A stretch of 63,920 bases of DNA, filler included, from Reticulomyxa filosa (GCA_000512085.1; 19 parts of 19 records of this genome joined end to end with filler, not necessarily neighbours in it), one strand, 5' to 3'; numbered from the whole stretch's first letter, positions 24,905 through 39,273 are shown. The notes: generated from the letters alone by a model not told the origin. Made by a program: numbers and translations.

Positions 24905-27689
24905 ATGAATCGTTGTAGTATCATTGGTCAGATCTACAAATTCTTGTCTCTAAAATGTCTTGTGAGTATTTGTCTTTGTCTCGCGTTACTTCAACTTTTC
25001 TTGTTAAAGACCGAGTTTGGTGAACTTGTGAAACTGCACACAAAAGAAAATGTTGGCGGACCGAAGTTTTCTTTTTCGGAAAATAAAGCAGATCCTTCTT
25101 TGTATTTGGCTCCATCAGACCTTCGTGAATCTGGTAGTGGCTACTGTAAAACCAAATCTTCAAAATCGGACATCCATATGCCGATGAAAGAAAAGAGGCA
25201 TACAAAATCGTGGATATTACCAGAAAATATAATTCCAAAAGATTTACAGTTTTTGAATGACAAAATCTACAGTCAATCCAAAATGCAGCATTTACTGAAC
25301 ACAGTTCAATGGACAAACAGTTCATTTTCCGGGCACTGTCGAACAGAAGACCCCGGTTTCCTAAAGTCTTATGCCTATTATCCGCACATCGGCTTCGAAT
25401 ACATGAAGCTGCACTTTGCAATGAGCATGAACAATGGGACGTCGGTGTATTGTTTTTTCATTTGCAGACGTATACTGGGCAGACAAGAGGCTGTTGGAAT
25501 TCAAATACGCGGAGAGAAGTTTGAACGGATGCAACCAAAGATTTTTATGTGCATTCAATGATGGCACGACTATTTTTAGGAGCCCGTGTTACACGTTTTG
25601 CAATCCCAAAACTGAAAGTGTGCCTTTACATTTATATTTGTATACATATATATATATATATGTATATAATGAATTTTTTTTATAAAAAAACGCCTGTGAA
25701 GACACTCGCATTGGACGTCAATTTTTAATTGTCGTAATTTGCGATTTGCTCTCTCCATCGGTATTGTTATACAAACAACTGTTAGCAAAGCACTTTAATA
25801 ATCCATCGTTGTATCAATCATATTTGGCGCACGTATCGACGCTGCAAAGACGTCTATTAAGCTCAGACACATGCACCGACGTCGGCGTGCGGATTATTGA
25901 CATTCGAAATGAGCCACAAGTAGGCGAACAGTGTTGGAGTGCGATTATGGAACAAGAGAAGCAACAAATGGCGACCATGTACCCCTCCTCCTCTATGAAT
26001 CTTACATCCCTTTCGCAGAGATTGACACCAATGCAATTTCCAAACGTCACTGTAGCCGTGTGTTCGACGATGCAAATTAATAGTGACCTTGCGCAGGAGG
26101 GCACAAATCACGAGTACTTCCGATTCGACCCTCCATTATTCCCTTATCTTTGCCACTATTCGCGCATTCCTATCCCGGAGCCAGAGTCATCGAATATTGC
26201 TACATCAGCTGCAATGGGGTGTCTTGCCGATGCCAACAACAAAGTCAAGCGAAAACATCATCTGTCCATATGCACTATGATATACTACCCCAATCCAACC
26301 AAGACATCAGGGGAGGATCCAATGATGTTGTTGACGCAGTTCATTGAATATCACATCATGCAAGGGATTGACCACATTTATTTGTACGAACACATTTGGT
26401 CCAAAGAGCAGTTGCAAGCTGGAGGCTCGGGTAAGAGTGTCGTGTATGAGACTTTGCGGCGATGGAGATATATTGAAAAAGGAGCTGTTACGTATATCCC
26501 ATGGTGGGCATCTCCCACAAAACGCTTTTGGCCACACTCTCACAACTATTATCAAGATGCTCAAATCAATCATTGTTTGAAGACATTCCAATTCGAAACC
26601 GATTGGATCTTTGCTGTCGATATCGACGAATGGCTATTGCCCAATTATCAATTCCAAATTCCGTCCTCGTTGATCACTTACAGGTTTCAATACACAAATA
26701 CATATATATATATATATGTATATATATATACACATCACAAACAAAATAAAACAAACTAAACTTTCTTTCTCTTTTTTTCTTTTTTAAACGTATGCAATGC
26801 ACACCCTAGTGCACAAAGTGCAAGACAAGCCGTAGCAACAGAGTTAACAATAGACTCGCGGGTGGTAGATGTGCTGGATCATGTATGGAATATGTTTCCA
26901 AAGCTCAACTATTTGGAAATGTTCCGGCATGTGGGGGGTACGTGCCCGAGTCGGTATTTACAAGGAATGGATCCCTCGAATGAGTGTACGTTGCGTGAGG
27001 ATGAAAGTGACCCAAGCCATTTTCGCACGTATATCGAACGCTCGCAGTGCATGTTGAGCGAGCAGTTGATGCGGAAATTTCTCGTCGATCCGACTGTGAG
27101 TTTTCTTTCCTGGACCCATGGTATGGAACTCTCCTGGAACCATGTATATGCACACCGATTGCAAAGTACAGGCTACACAGCGCAATATGTACTCGAGATG
27201 GCTGAGGCCATTGGCCAGACTTGTCATGGATACAACATGCCCTTGTATCGGGACACGTTGAACGAATTTATTAGTATTGAGTCGTGGAAAAAGCTATTGC
27301 AAAAAACACGCTTCGGGTTCCAGAGCTTGTGCAAACAGGTCAATTACGATAGTGTGGAGCCAGTGCGACGGTTGGCTGCAAAAAAGAGAGCCAATGAGAT
27401 CATTGAAAATATCGACAAATTTCAGACCCCCGTTGTCGTTCTCCACTTCACTGTCAATTGGAACTGGGAGTATTTTTGGCAAGCGCTATCCAGACATTAT
27501 CGAGACATTTTTCACGACTTTAATGCCACAAAGATTTATTTGGACAGAATCACGTATAACCCGATTGTTGCTCATTGGAAAAACAAGTTTGATACGTGGC
27601 TGTCTCAACACAATCCAGAAATGTTTCGTCAACATAAGCTTCCGCCTTTTCTTAGGAAAAACTTTACATTTTGCAATCGAAAAGACTGA
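24905..27689 (+). CDS. Type II membrane glycosyltransferase, GT92/DUF23-like (multi-exon)
   Basis: N-terminal TM; LSICTMI..QFIEYHIMQGIDHIYLY..VTYIPW..Q..INHCL..DWIFAVDIDEW (DxD motif). Confidence 0.8.
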
Positions 27690-28092
27690 AAGTAATCCTT
27701 TAAATGGTCACTATTTTTTGCACATGAACAACTCTGAACGAAATATGGCTTTTTTTACCTCGATTTGTTCCAGTTTTTCTCTGCAAATATTTTTTCATAA
27801 TTTATAGCAAATACACAATACTTTTTTAAAACTGCAATGGGCCAGCTGCAGAAAGTGCAATACAAAGCAAGTTTCCTTGGCAAAATTTAATAAACAACTA
27901 GTAGGATCATACAAAAACAATAAAAAAGAATTTGAATAAGCGTAAACTAAAAAAAAATTTTACATTGGAAAATGTATCCACCAGATTATAATNNNNNNNN
28001 NNNNNNNNNNNNNNNNNNNNNNNNNNNNNNNNNNNNTTAATTAATTAANNNNNNNNNNNNNNNNNNNNNNNNNNNNNNNNNNNNNNNNNNNN

Positions 28093-28123
<31 letters not shown>

Positions 28124-28126
<3 letters not shown>

Positions 28127-28972
28127 TATGTGTGTTCTTCTCAAGGTATTGCTTTATTAGCAGGACTAATTTATTTTCGATTACATAAAGTGGAATCGAG
28201 AATAAATGACTTTTTGGGAGCGTCGTTTTTCATTCAAATCTACATAACATTTATGACAATGTTTCGCGGTGCAATGTACTTTCCCATGGAAAGACAGGTG
28301 ATTCGAAAGGAACGCCAGTCTGGTGCGTATCAGTTGTCCAGCTATTATATTGGAAAAATCATGGCGGAGTTCCCGGTAGACACTTCTCTGCCCATGATGG
28401 CCGTTTGTATCTATTACTGGCTGGTTGGTCTCGGAGATAGCGCACCAACTTTCATTTTATATATATTGTCTACTTGCTTGACGGTATGGGTCGCGAGTTC
28501 TTTCGGAACTATGATTGGGTGCACTTTAATGGACTTTGAACGCGCTATCACTGCGCTGTCCGTGTCAGGAATATTCTTAATGTTACTGGGTGGCTTCTAT
28601 GTTCAAACTAAAGAAATTCCTGTTTGGATCAGCTGGATCGGCTATTTATCACACTTTCGATGGGCTGTCACTTCAACTGAAAATATCACTATGCGGCACG
28701 TCTCTTTCAGTTGCGCATCCGATGGAGCTAGTAGCTATACTCTTTGCAGTACTCACAAACGCATTCCTGGTTTGGAAGTTTTGAAAAATTTTGGAACAGA
28801 TACAAGACCTTGGATTGGACCTGTTGCCATGATTGCTTTATCTTGTGGTTGGCATTGTATTGCTTATTATGGACTTAGGAAAAACACTGCTGTCAAAAAT
28901 GCTATGGGAGAAGGCAAAGAGTTACAAGTTATTGAAGAGACACCTAAAATACCAACCAAAACTGACAAGTAA
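28124..28972 (+). CDS. ABCG (White-type) transporter membrane domain (5' truncated)
   Basis: FPMERQVIRKERQSGAYQLSSYYIGK..AEFP; LLGGFYV..IPVWISWIGYLSHFRWA. Confidence 0.92.
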
Positions 28973-29827
28973 GCATTGTGTTCTTTGTTATAATTTTGAA
29001 TTTTTTCTTCAATTTAATCTTTAGTTCATTCGAGCATAATAAATAGACGTCTAAACAATAAAATATAGTTTGATTTAATCTAAAATTTTTTAACTGGTAA
29101 TTTCTTTACATTAACTGTCACCTATTACATACTATTTTCTGGCAAACCAATAAAAACATCGTGATCAATTTTAAAAATTTCGGGAAAATTACTGTTTGCC
29201 TGAATGCTTTGTTCTAGACAACAATATTCACTTCCCCATGCCGTTGGACATAACCCAACACAACAACATTACAACATACACTTACTTTGCGTTTCTATTT
29301 GATTTGCTAAACATATACTTTTTCATTATCGACCACAATGCGCACATGCATTTGGAAGTCAATATGCATATGATTTTGCAGAAGACGTAAATAAAATTAA
29401 GACAGGCACAATTGCACTGCCGATGTTCACGTTAAATAGTTGTTACTCCAAATTTGACAATAACTTAAAATAAGACGAAGTGGATTAGAAGAATGAAATA
29501 GCATCAAACAAACGACAAAGTATCCTTCAATTTGTGAAACTAAGCTGCAATCACAAATATCAACCTTTTTTTTGTTAAAAATTACTATTAAGAAATTAAT
29601 GCATATGCAATTGAATAATTGAAGAAAGCAAAATATATTTATAAAAAAAAAGAAATTTATGATATTTTTCGTAAGAAATGTAAATAATATTACGTGTTAG
29701 ATTTTACATCATAATCCATAAAATAATACAATTTATTATGTTCGTATGTGCGATATAACAAACAAATTAAACTATTAAATATACATTCAATTGCTTTGCC
29801 TTGTTTGGAATTTTTACAATATCATAC

Positions 29828-30086
29828 TGTAGGAATATTGAGACGACTAAGTGTAATATGAAAGGAACTTAGTTCCAAAAAGCAACGTCAGTAAAGGAAA
29901 TTAAATTAACAAAGATAATTTCAACACAATAAAGGAAAACAAGTAAGGAAAACACAAAAGTGAGTTGTGTTGTGAAGAGGGTTTTAACCCACGGGGGTCC
30001 CACCGTTTCACCAGTACTTGAAATTACATAAACAAAAAACAGTTTTCTATGGTAACTAAATATGGGCATACAAGATCATAGCTACA
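29828..30086 (-). mobile_element. Solo-LTR-like dispersed repeat copy
   Basis: TGTAG...CTACA ends; the minus strand contains aacggtgggacccccgtgggttaaaaccctcttcacaacacaactcactttt, nearly identical to 62663-62716. Confidence 0.7.
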
Positions 30087-30369
30087 AATTCCTATATCAA
30101 AAAGTGGTCGGTTAGGTTTACTGATGTAACAATCCATATTTGAGAATAAATACCTTAAAAGTAGTTAACTCTTTGTTTAGCCCTGAAAACTATTGCAAAC
30201 TTATGGGGCCAATACAAATACTTTAGTTGCCGCCACTAGCATGTTCACCATGCTTTTATTTAAAATTGTGAAATCGTGTGTAGTTTAGACAGTTTTCAAG
30301 AAGAAAGAATAGTCAACCAAAAAAAAGCATTTACTTTTCAATTTTTTCCAAGCTTTGAAAAAAAAAGAT

Positions 30370-31260
30370 TTATTTGACATCAGACATAACGTCTGGTGCT
30401 CCATTAAGATCAACTTCGTCTTTTTGTTCTTCTGGTTGGTCCAGTGCTTGTATTTCTTTGTCAATGTTGGCGATATGTTCGTCAAGTGTTTCATCCATCT
30501 TTGGAGCGGCGTGTTGTTTGGCAACGATGTATACTCTGAGTGGTTTAGTTTGTTCAATGCCCCAAGTGTCCAATTTTACAATTTTGTTGTAGGCATCAAT
30601 AGCTTTTTCATACGCATCCAAATCGCCGTTGGGGACACTGGTAACCAGTCCCTGATTTTCAGTATATTACGCATACAACATATTATTTGATGTTTAATAC
30701 AAAAATATATACATGTTGATATACATATCGCAAAAAAAAAAAAAAAAAGAAAAGAAAATGGAAAAATCACGTTACAAAGAGGAGGATGCCAAAGCAAACA
30801 GCAATATATTACTAAACAGCACACAATTGGTATTCTCTCGATTGGGCAAACAGATCATTCAAATCTCGATATCGTTGTAACACGGACTCAAGATGAAACC
30901 ACACTTTGGGATCATCACGATCCACGCAATTGTTTATGTGACATATCATCGCTTTAAATAAAAATGTCTTGGCATTCCACCGCAACAAATTGTTGTCCAT
31001 ATTGTAACGTGCCGTTTTTTCATACAATTCCACTGCCCTTTCGTATTTCTTCAGTTGAGCACAAATGTCGGCCACTACCACCCACCTCTTGTTTGCATTC
31101 CTTTTTTTTTTTTAAGAAAAAATTTGATTGGATCAATTTCACGAAAAACAAAATATTTTACGTTTGATCGTTATCGCCTTCGTAAAGGTCTGCCGCAATT
31201 TCGTATTGTTCCATTGCTTCCTCATACTTTTTTCTCCTCATATAACATGTCTGCCACCTA
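30370..31260 (-). CDS. NAPA: Alpha-soluble NSF attachment protein (alpha-SNAP), C-terminal exons
   Basis: ADLYEGD..ANK....ADICAQLKKYERAVELYEK....DNNLLRWNAKTFLFKAMICH...F..SREYQL...DAYN.I.KLD.W. Confidence 0.88.
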
Positions 31261-31458
31261 ATTTTTATAAAACCGAATTTTTCTAAATAAAAAAAAAAAA
31301 AAAGAAGCACAACTACACTAAAAAAAAAAAGTGTGCTATTTTTTTTTTTGAAAAAAAANNNNNNNNNNNNNNNNNNNNNNNNNNNNNNNNNNNNNNNNNN
31401 NNTTAATTAATTAANNNNNNNNNNNNNNNNNNNNNNNNNNNNNNNNNNNNNNNNNNNN

Positions 31459-31598
31459 CGAAAAAAATATAAAATAAAAAAAAATGATAAAAATAAAAAA
31501 GTGAAAAAGTTTTAGCGCATGCGTCACATTGTGACGCATGCATTAAAATTTTTTACTTTTTTATTTTTATCATTTTTTTTTATTTTATATTTTTTTCG
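31459..31598. repeat. ~140-bp near-perfect palindrome centred on 31529
   Basis: ~70-bp arms around GCATGCGTCACA-T-TGTGACGCATGC, with few mismatches and one indel. Confidence 0.95.
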
Positions 31599-34500
31599 AA
31601 CCAATTTGTATTTTAATGTTTAATTATTCATTGTATTAGTTTAATATATTATCGTTTGACACATTGATTAGCTTTTTGTATCAATTTCATTGCTGTCAAA
31701 CATTAGGTAATAAATTTTGTAATTTGTAAAATACATTTTCATTATATTATCGATAAATTGATAATTACTTATTGAAGTTAACTCAATAATCAATTGGGCT
31801 TCACTTATAGTATCACTAGCAATGAGTTTTAATGATATTTTGTCATACGCTTATATTTGCTAATGATGACGATATTTCATTATTATTAAATATATAATTC
31901 AATCTGTTCATTTGTTGTAAATTATTCCATTTATTATATTTAATAACATCACTGGATCTCTATTTAATAAAAAGCTATTTTTAAATTATTGTCCCCAAAT
32001 TAATATGGAATCTTCGATTATTTTGATTATTACTATGTCAAGTTTTTATAATTAAAATGTGATTTGATGTTGGAACATTTGCAAAGATTAGACTATTTTT
32101 ACTTTGAAACTCAACATTTTGGAGCAAAATATCTTTCTCTTTCATGTAGCCATGTGTACATTCAACATTGAATAATAGCGTTTGTGAAATTTATCCAATG
32201 TATTTCATCTGTTGCAAATAAAAATAAGAATTTGATGTCTTTGCAAGTATTTGGGCAAAATTCTTTTGATGCTGGATAATATTCATATTTTTCAATATTT
32301 CACTGGACGTGTCAATAAAATAAATGATAATTTCATTTGTGTTTTGAAAAGTATTAAAATCAATACAAATGTTGATAAAGTCAATGCATTAATCAGTTGA
32401 TTATTTATTATATTACTTAGAATGTTGATACTGGTAATCAAATTGCTTTTAATCCGCACGTTGATACACTAGTCACTAATCTATATTGTGTTGCTGATGT
32501 TGTGGACGCTGATATTGCTTATATTGGTGAGCCGAAAGCATACACACATCTACATATTTCGCATTTTGACATTGGCTTGCTGTCAAATTGTACAATGTCA
32601 GATTGACACTTTTTGTGACATGTAAATATTCATAATTGATCAAATCCAGTGATATCGACATGTCAATCATAATTAATTGTCTTACACGTATTTGCATTTA
32701 TGTGCCTCATCAGTGAAAAGGTCAGCTGCTTTATTTGTGATTTCGTGTCACTCTTATTTTCTTGTTCGGTTTCTCCGCTCTTTTTTGATAAGCGTAATTG
32801 CTCTGGCAATTTCTATTCTGATTTGTCAAGTTTCTAATGCTATATTCTTTCTTTGACGCTTCGCCACTACTAGCCAAACTTTACTTCTTGTGTAATTCAC
32901 ATACCAAATGGATCACCTTCCAATGTCAGCGACGTCTGTTTTTAAATGTTTTTTTTGGAAATATAAATATGCATCAATAACTTTTTAATATTTTCCAGCA
33001 AAAGCGCTATCCTTCACATTCGAAATATCAATTGATTATGATTTTGATTAGTCATTATCCAAATTCGTACTTGATATACGCAATAGACTCTAGCAATGCA
33101 GCATAATAGTTCATGTATACAATCTATTGTATCATTCATCGTCAAAGTCGATATGTTGGATGACCGATACATTTTTTGCAATCAACGACATGGATTCCTC
33201 CAGTGTTGTAGCAAAAACGACACATTCAACTCTGGCAGTGCATTTCGTTTAGAAGTAATTCTATTTTTTATCTAATTTCAAAGTTTTTGTGTTTGCTATC
33301 GATCATTCAAATCGTCCGCACCAAACTGGAAATGTTGTATTTCTAGTAAATTTCTTTCACTTACACCAATGGTGTGGCCACTTTTTATATCTCAAACTGT
33401 ATCAATGCACAGACACTTTTGGACATTCTAATCGACAGTGTTTGTGCAATGGCAAAACGGATACACAATCGCTTCACTTCAAACAAATTCCCCATCGACA
33501 AAAGAGAATAGCATATTATATCTATCAATCGACGATAACAAATACTGTACATATTTGGAATAATTCACAATTGAAAGATTCATTGTTTGTCACTAACGCT
33601 GCTGCCTCCGCCTACGTCGTCATACATTTTAGTATTGTTTAATGTTTGATATCACAATGCGTTAGTCACGACTCAGTCAGTGACAACAAAATAAAACGAT
33701 TCGCGAACACATTGATCGTTGCCCGAAATCAAGATTGTCATCAAATTATTTCGCGAACGGTCTACGATGTGCATATACAATCTATTGATAATACCAAACT
33801 CGTGTCCTTCATCATCAATGATACCAGTGATATATATTCACTTTTCCAATACTCGTTTCCACAAAAGTGCACCAAATCACTGCGCAACTTCGATACATTT
33901 CGTACTGATCGCATTTTTTTTACATTAAATTAAAAAAATCGATATACGTATATGTATATGATACAAAGACATAAAACACAAAAAATCTACTGGATAGAAG
34001 AAGACGTCGTTTGGATTGCATTTAGTAGAATCTCACTTTGATGCGAGTGTGGTTCTTCACCAACACGTCTGCATCAACAACAAACACCCCGCTCGAGTGA
34101 TACTATGCTCTGGCGTTGGCACTCAAGTCTTCAGATGTATTCTTGTTGTGCTTGAATGTATCGTCTTGTCTTTGTCCACTTGACATGCAAAAATTTTTGT
34201 CCGTTCGATTTGTTCCAACCAACAAATGATGACGACAACAACTTCTTTTTACTGCAATCACTGCCACTGTTGACGTTCTTGTTCGAGTCTTCTGAGGGCA
34301 TGTTATTCCCGTTGGTCGGCATGTCGCTTAACAAAAACGCGTTGATACAGCCTCTCATTATAAGTTCGATCGACATATGCTGCAGCAGGCGCTCTTCCGA
34401 CACCTCTGGCTTTAGACAGTCTAGATACGCTAACATGAGATCAATGGTCGCAATTCGAGCCTTTTTTACTGTCCCAATATTTGAGCGCTTTTTTAGACGT

Positions 34501-34829
34501 AGTGAAAAGTTCCTTTTCAGAAAAAAAGAACACTTTAAAAAAGTACAATGCATAAACATTATATATGCTGTACAACTTAAACACGACACTAAATCATAAT
34601 ATAATTTGTATGACGAACTGCAAAAAAAGTTAGCCCGTATAACTATGAAACTAATGATTACAAGTTATGTTAGGCAGCAATCTATTATTGCAAGATGTTC
34701 CATTACTTTAATTTTCATTGAAAAAATCAATTAGTTTTATAAATAGTTACTTTGTTGTACTTGTTTTACGGGTACATCAAACTTTTTTAACTGTTCTTGC
34801 ATATAAGATAATTTGCATTCGTTATCGCC

Positions 34830-35255
34830 ATGACAGAAAGTAAAGAAGAAAAATATACAGAAAAAAAAAGCCTGCGTGAAGCGTTGAAGGATGAAATCAA
34901 CCTAGAAGCTGGAGAGTTAGAAAAGATTGCGTCCTACTTGTGTCAATCGCAAAAACTAACAGAAAGTAGTGACATGGCATGGGTAGAACCAGAAGAGTGG
35001 AAATGTATGTTTATGCAGGTAGAAATAGCTAAGATTTCAAAGAGAAAGCTATTGATGCTGGTAAATAAAATGCGAAAAGAACGAGGCTATGCGGAATTGA
35101 ATATCGATGATTTTGTAGGCATTAAGCCATCTTCTCGTGTCCCAAGGTGAAAAGGCATACGTATAACCTATTTTTTTTTTTTTTTTTTTTGTGCTGTTAC
35201 TACAGACAAGAATAATCAAATAAATTTGTTGTTATATTTATAACAATTTTTTTTT
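34830..35255 (+). CDS. First exon of a protein with an N-terminal SAM-like helical domain (3' truncated)
   Basis: Clean ATG ORF; LEKIASYL...DMAWVEPEEW...IAKISKRKLL helical pattern is SAM-like. Confidence 0.45.
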
Positions 35256-36359
35256 NNNNNNNNNNNNNNNNNNNNNNNNNNNNNNNNNNNNNNNNNNNNT
35301 TAATTAATTAANNNNNNNNNNNNNNNNNNNNNNNNNNNNNNNNNNNNNNNNNNNNAGCAATCAAATAATAGACAAAAGAAAGCGAATATGCAAAGAAAAC
35401 TTGAAAGTTGCAAAAGTTTTGAAAATCTCAAAAGAGAATATCCGAACATGTGGGCTATCACAAAAACAATTTAGCCTTGGAACAAAGGCGAGTTTTTAAA
35501 GCTTGTGTGGATATCCACTGAGAAGACTACGCCAAGCAGCGATCAATCATTCATTCGAAAATTGAAGCAACTGAAGTTAACACAAACTACATTCAGTTCT
35601 ACTAGCGTTAACTGTTTGAAGAGAACGCTTAGTGACATGAGCGACAGCGAGTATACATTTAGCACGACAAGTAAAAAGCCTCGAACCGAAAGCCTGAACG
35701 AATGCAATATGTCGAAAATATGATGTCTATCTATCGTGAGTAAAATGAAATATTCAAAACCATTGCCCATCTAGCAATGAACCTCAAGACAACTCAAAAA
35801 AGTACTATGACAAAAGTGTGAAAGCTTTAGAAAAAAAAAATAACGATTTGTTAAATTATTCGAAAAACATAAATGACCTATTCGAAAGAAAATAAAAACA
35901 TGACAAAAAGACAGCAGCCCCGACATTGTATCAATTGATTTGGAAGACACGTTTTCCAGGCCTTCCGACCAAGATGACGGGCATTTCGTCCTTTAAAAAA
36001 AATTTGTACAACACTTGAGCAAATCGAAAAAGTAAATGTCGAACGAAGGTTGTCCACATTGGAAAATAGTTCTAAGTAAAAAATGTTGAATGTGTTAAAA
36101 AAAATAAATTTTTCTATTAAATCTTTTTTCTTTTTTTAGTAATAAAGAAATTCATTTAATGCGCTAAAAAACAGCAAAAAGTTAAGTGTTAATGATACTA
36201 AAAAAAAACATCTGGAGAATTATCGTCATTTATTTACTGTATTTCTTGTATAAATAACTCCAAAGTCATAAATTGCATTTAATACATTACAGTAGCACTT
36301 ATATATTTATATGTTCATTTAATACTTGACTCTGTTTACTTTCATTATGCACATGAGTG

Positions 36360-36540
36360 TGTAGTGGGAGTTCATATTATAAAATGCTGAACTCTGGAAG
36401 AATTGATGAACTCCCAGTGGATTAAACTCACTTAACAACTTTCTTCACTCGTTGTGTTGTTTTCTTCTCACTTTCGTTGTATTCATCTTTCTTTACATAC
36501 TTTTGTTTTGTCGAAGATTTGGTTTTCTGAGTAAAACCTT
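36360..36540 (+). mobile_element. Diverged solo-LTR-like repeat copy, cut by contig end
   Basis: TGTAGTGGGAGTTCATATTATAAAAT start and aactcac...ttcactcgttgt block parallel the 62623 copy. Confidence 0.55.
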
Positions 36541-36640
36541 NNNNNNNNNNNNNNNNNNNNNNNNNNNNNNNNNNNNNNNNNNNNTTAATTAATTAANNNN
36601 NNNNNNNNNNNNNNNNNNNNNNNNNNNNNNNNNNNNNNNN

Positions 36641-37640
36641 GTGTTTGTGTTTTGTGTACGCTAAGTAACGATCAGCAAAAAAGGTCAAGTTTTCTTGATA
36701 AACTCAGGCTGAACTTGAATGAGCGAAGGATCTTCAAGGTCCCTCCATTTTCCAGTGCCATTGGGGTCCAATAAACTGAACAACGATCCTTGGACCCGAC
36801 GAGCACGAGGACTTTTGTGTTGAAACTGAGACGTTTTTTCCTCGTTCGAACATTGAGCCGAATTATCCATATTATTATTATTGTTATTATTATTATTATT
36901 ATTGTTATTGTTGTTGTTATTATTATCATTGCAATCGTCATCATCACTGGACACATAAGTGGCAACATCTTCAGGAATGCTAGTGTTTCTAGACCAATCT
37001 TGTCCGTTCAATCGTATTTCAACATTGGTAAAGTTTTCTTTCTCTTCTAATTTCAAATCCAAGTCGGGAGATGAGGCAACGTGAGACACATATCCACTTG
37101 TTCATCACAAGCAAGCAAACAAACAAATAATCAAATAAATATTATTAATTATTTATTATAATTATTGTTATTGTTATGTTGACAAAATAGAATGTGAAAC
37201 TCATTGGAAGCACAATAGAACGCTTTGAACCATTGATTCAAAAGCAGCTCGGTGTCACACGCAAAGTAGTACTTGCGTTTTTCCGCGACGATTTGAAAAA
37301 CGTACGGCTGGTAGCCATTGTATGTGATAAAGTTTTTATAGTTGGCGTGGCTTTTCTTGGTAACGACGAGCGACGATGAAGACTTGTGTTTGGTCGAGGG
37401 CTGCTTCCCACGGTTCACCTCGTCGCGATTGGCGTTTTGAACCACGGCATCGGACAAGCAAATGCTCCCTTTCACGTACATTTGCATCGCCTGTTGGAAG
37501 AACAACTCGTCGAAAAACACAATCGATTTGAATTTCTCACAGTAAAAATTCGTGCTAAAGTAGAATAGCCACCCTTTCGACAATGCGAAATAGCTCTTTT
37601 TCCACATTTCTGATTTCCTCGAGCTTTTTCTCCACATATA
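36641..37640 (-). CDS. PH-domain protein, internal fragment
   Basis: KSEMWKKSYFALSKGWLFYF...KGSICL...FQIVAEKRKYYFACDTELLLNQWFKAF. Confidence 0.8.
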
Positions 37641-37797
37641 NNNNNNNNNNNNNNNNNNNNNNNNNNNNNNNNNNNNNNNNNNNNTTAATTAATTAANNNN
37701 NNNNNNNNNNNNNNNNNNNNNNNNNNNNNNNNNNNNNNNNCACGTTTTGTCCTGAACTATATATATATATATATACATATGTATATAAATACACAAG

Positions 37798-37911
37798 CAA
37801 CCAACCATGTATCAAGTTCCGACCAATGGGCAACCTGGTGCTGGAAGTGGCCAAGCGCAAGGTTTATATGACCAGTATTTGCAAAATAACAGCAATACCT
37901 CGCAAATCTGA
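37798..37911 (+). CDS. Terminal exon of an unknown Q/G-rich protein
   Basis: QPTMYQVPTNGQPGAGSGQAQGLYDQYLQNNSNTSQI* after an intron-like AT tract, followed by long T-rich UTR-like sequence. Confidence 0.4.
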   Translation, partial: QPTMYQVPTNGQPGAGSGQAQGLYDQYLQNNSNTSQI

Positions 37912-39273
37912 CAAGCAGTAACATCAGCACTGCTTCACATCTTTGTTAAGTAATGTCAATGTATCATCTGGCATCTACAGAGGAGCATTGCATATATTTG
38001 CATATACAACAAACACTTTTGGTAAGTGTTGTTAATTTGAACATCAAAAAGGGAGAGAATTGATTATTTCACTATTCTTCTTCTTTTTTTTCTTCGCATC
38101 ATTCCCAAGACTTTTTTTTTTGTTTTGCTTTATTCACTTGAAAGTTTTGAGAGGAAAATGTCTGTTTTTAACTGTGTTTTGTTTCGTTTATTTATCTATT
38201 TAAAAACATTTTTTGCTTCGTGTGAGCGGTTTGCCATTGACCAGAAACGTAGAGACATTGTGTGATTACTGTTTAAGTTGTGTTTCTGGATTGTTTATGG
38301 GTTTTATTGTAAAAGCTTTTTGTTTGTCTTTCTTTTCTTTTGTTTCGCATATCATCCCTTTGTTCTGTTTTTGTTTATCTGTTTTCCTTTTGCCATAGCA
38401 TCCTTTGAGCAATTGTGGTTTGTTAAAACAACAATGTGTCAATGGTTTATTGTTTACGTAAATATTGGCTGTTTTTCTTCACAATGGCCAAGTCACCGAG
38501 CAAAAAAAAAAAACAAGACACAACAAAGAATTACAGATATATTTTTCCTTTTTGATGTTTTGGTTTGTTTGTACTTCGTCGTGTGGTTTACAAAATAGAC
38601 TTCGTTGACTTAAGAATAATTTTAATTGCTTTCGCTTTCAACATTTTCGTATTTTTAATCATTAAAACAGTAATCCAATTAAAACAGTTATACTGACTGT
38701 TTTTTCTGAGTTTTCTTTTTTTTCGTCGTCCCACTTGTTCACTCAAACACATGCGCACAAACATACTTTTTGAAAAATCAACTATTCATTTAGTTACTAC
38801 AATTCCATTTTTATATTTCAATATTGCTTTTGGTTCGTAAATACTATTGATAGAAAAAGCATATTTTATAGTGCAATTTTTCGTGTAGAACTTGAAAATG
38901 AAAAAAATAAAGATTAGAAAAACCCTTTGCCAGGCGAACAGTTGGTTTGCATGGTATAAGTTTTTTATTTTTCAACGTTTGATTTTTTAAAAGAAATTTT
39001 TAATTTTTTGTTCAGCACATTTTTAATTTTTTTTCAGTTTGTACAGTATGTTGTACATTTTTTAAGTCTCTTTGATGTTCATTTTATATTGCATATCCTT
39101 TTTTATGCATTTACTCAAACATATACACCCAAAGAAAATATGTGCAAACCAAATTAAATGAATATTTTGTTAGAATAAGATTTGACAAAAGATTTGTAGA
39201 ATGCAAAAAAGTTGAGTTGTTATTTTGTTTTTATTTGTATTTTTTTCATATTTTACTTTAATTAATAAGACTA

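Noticed and set aside
35356-36100. Broken ORF remnants, also at 52200-52900
   Set aside because: Multiple stops and no identifiable domain.
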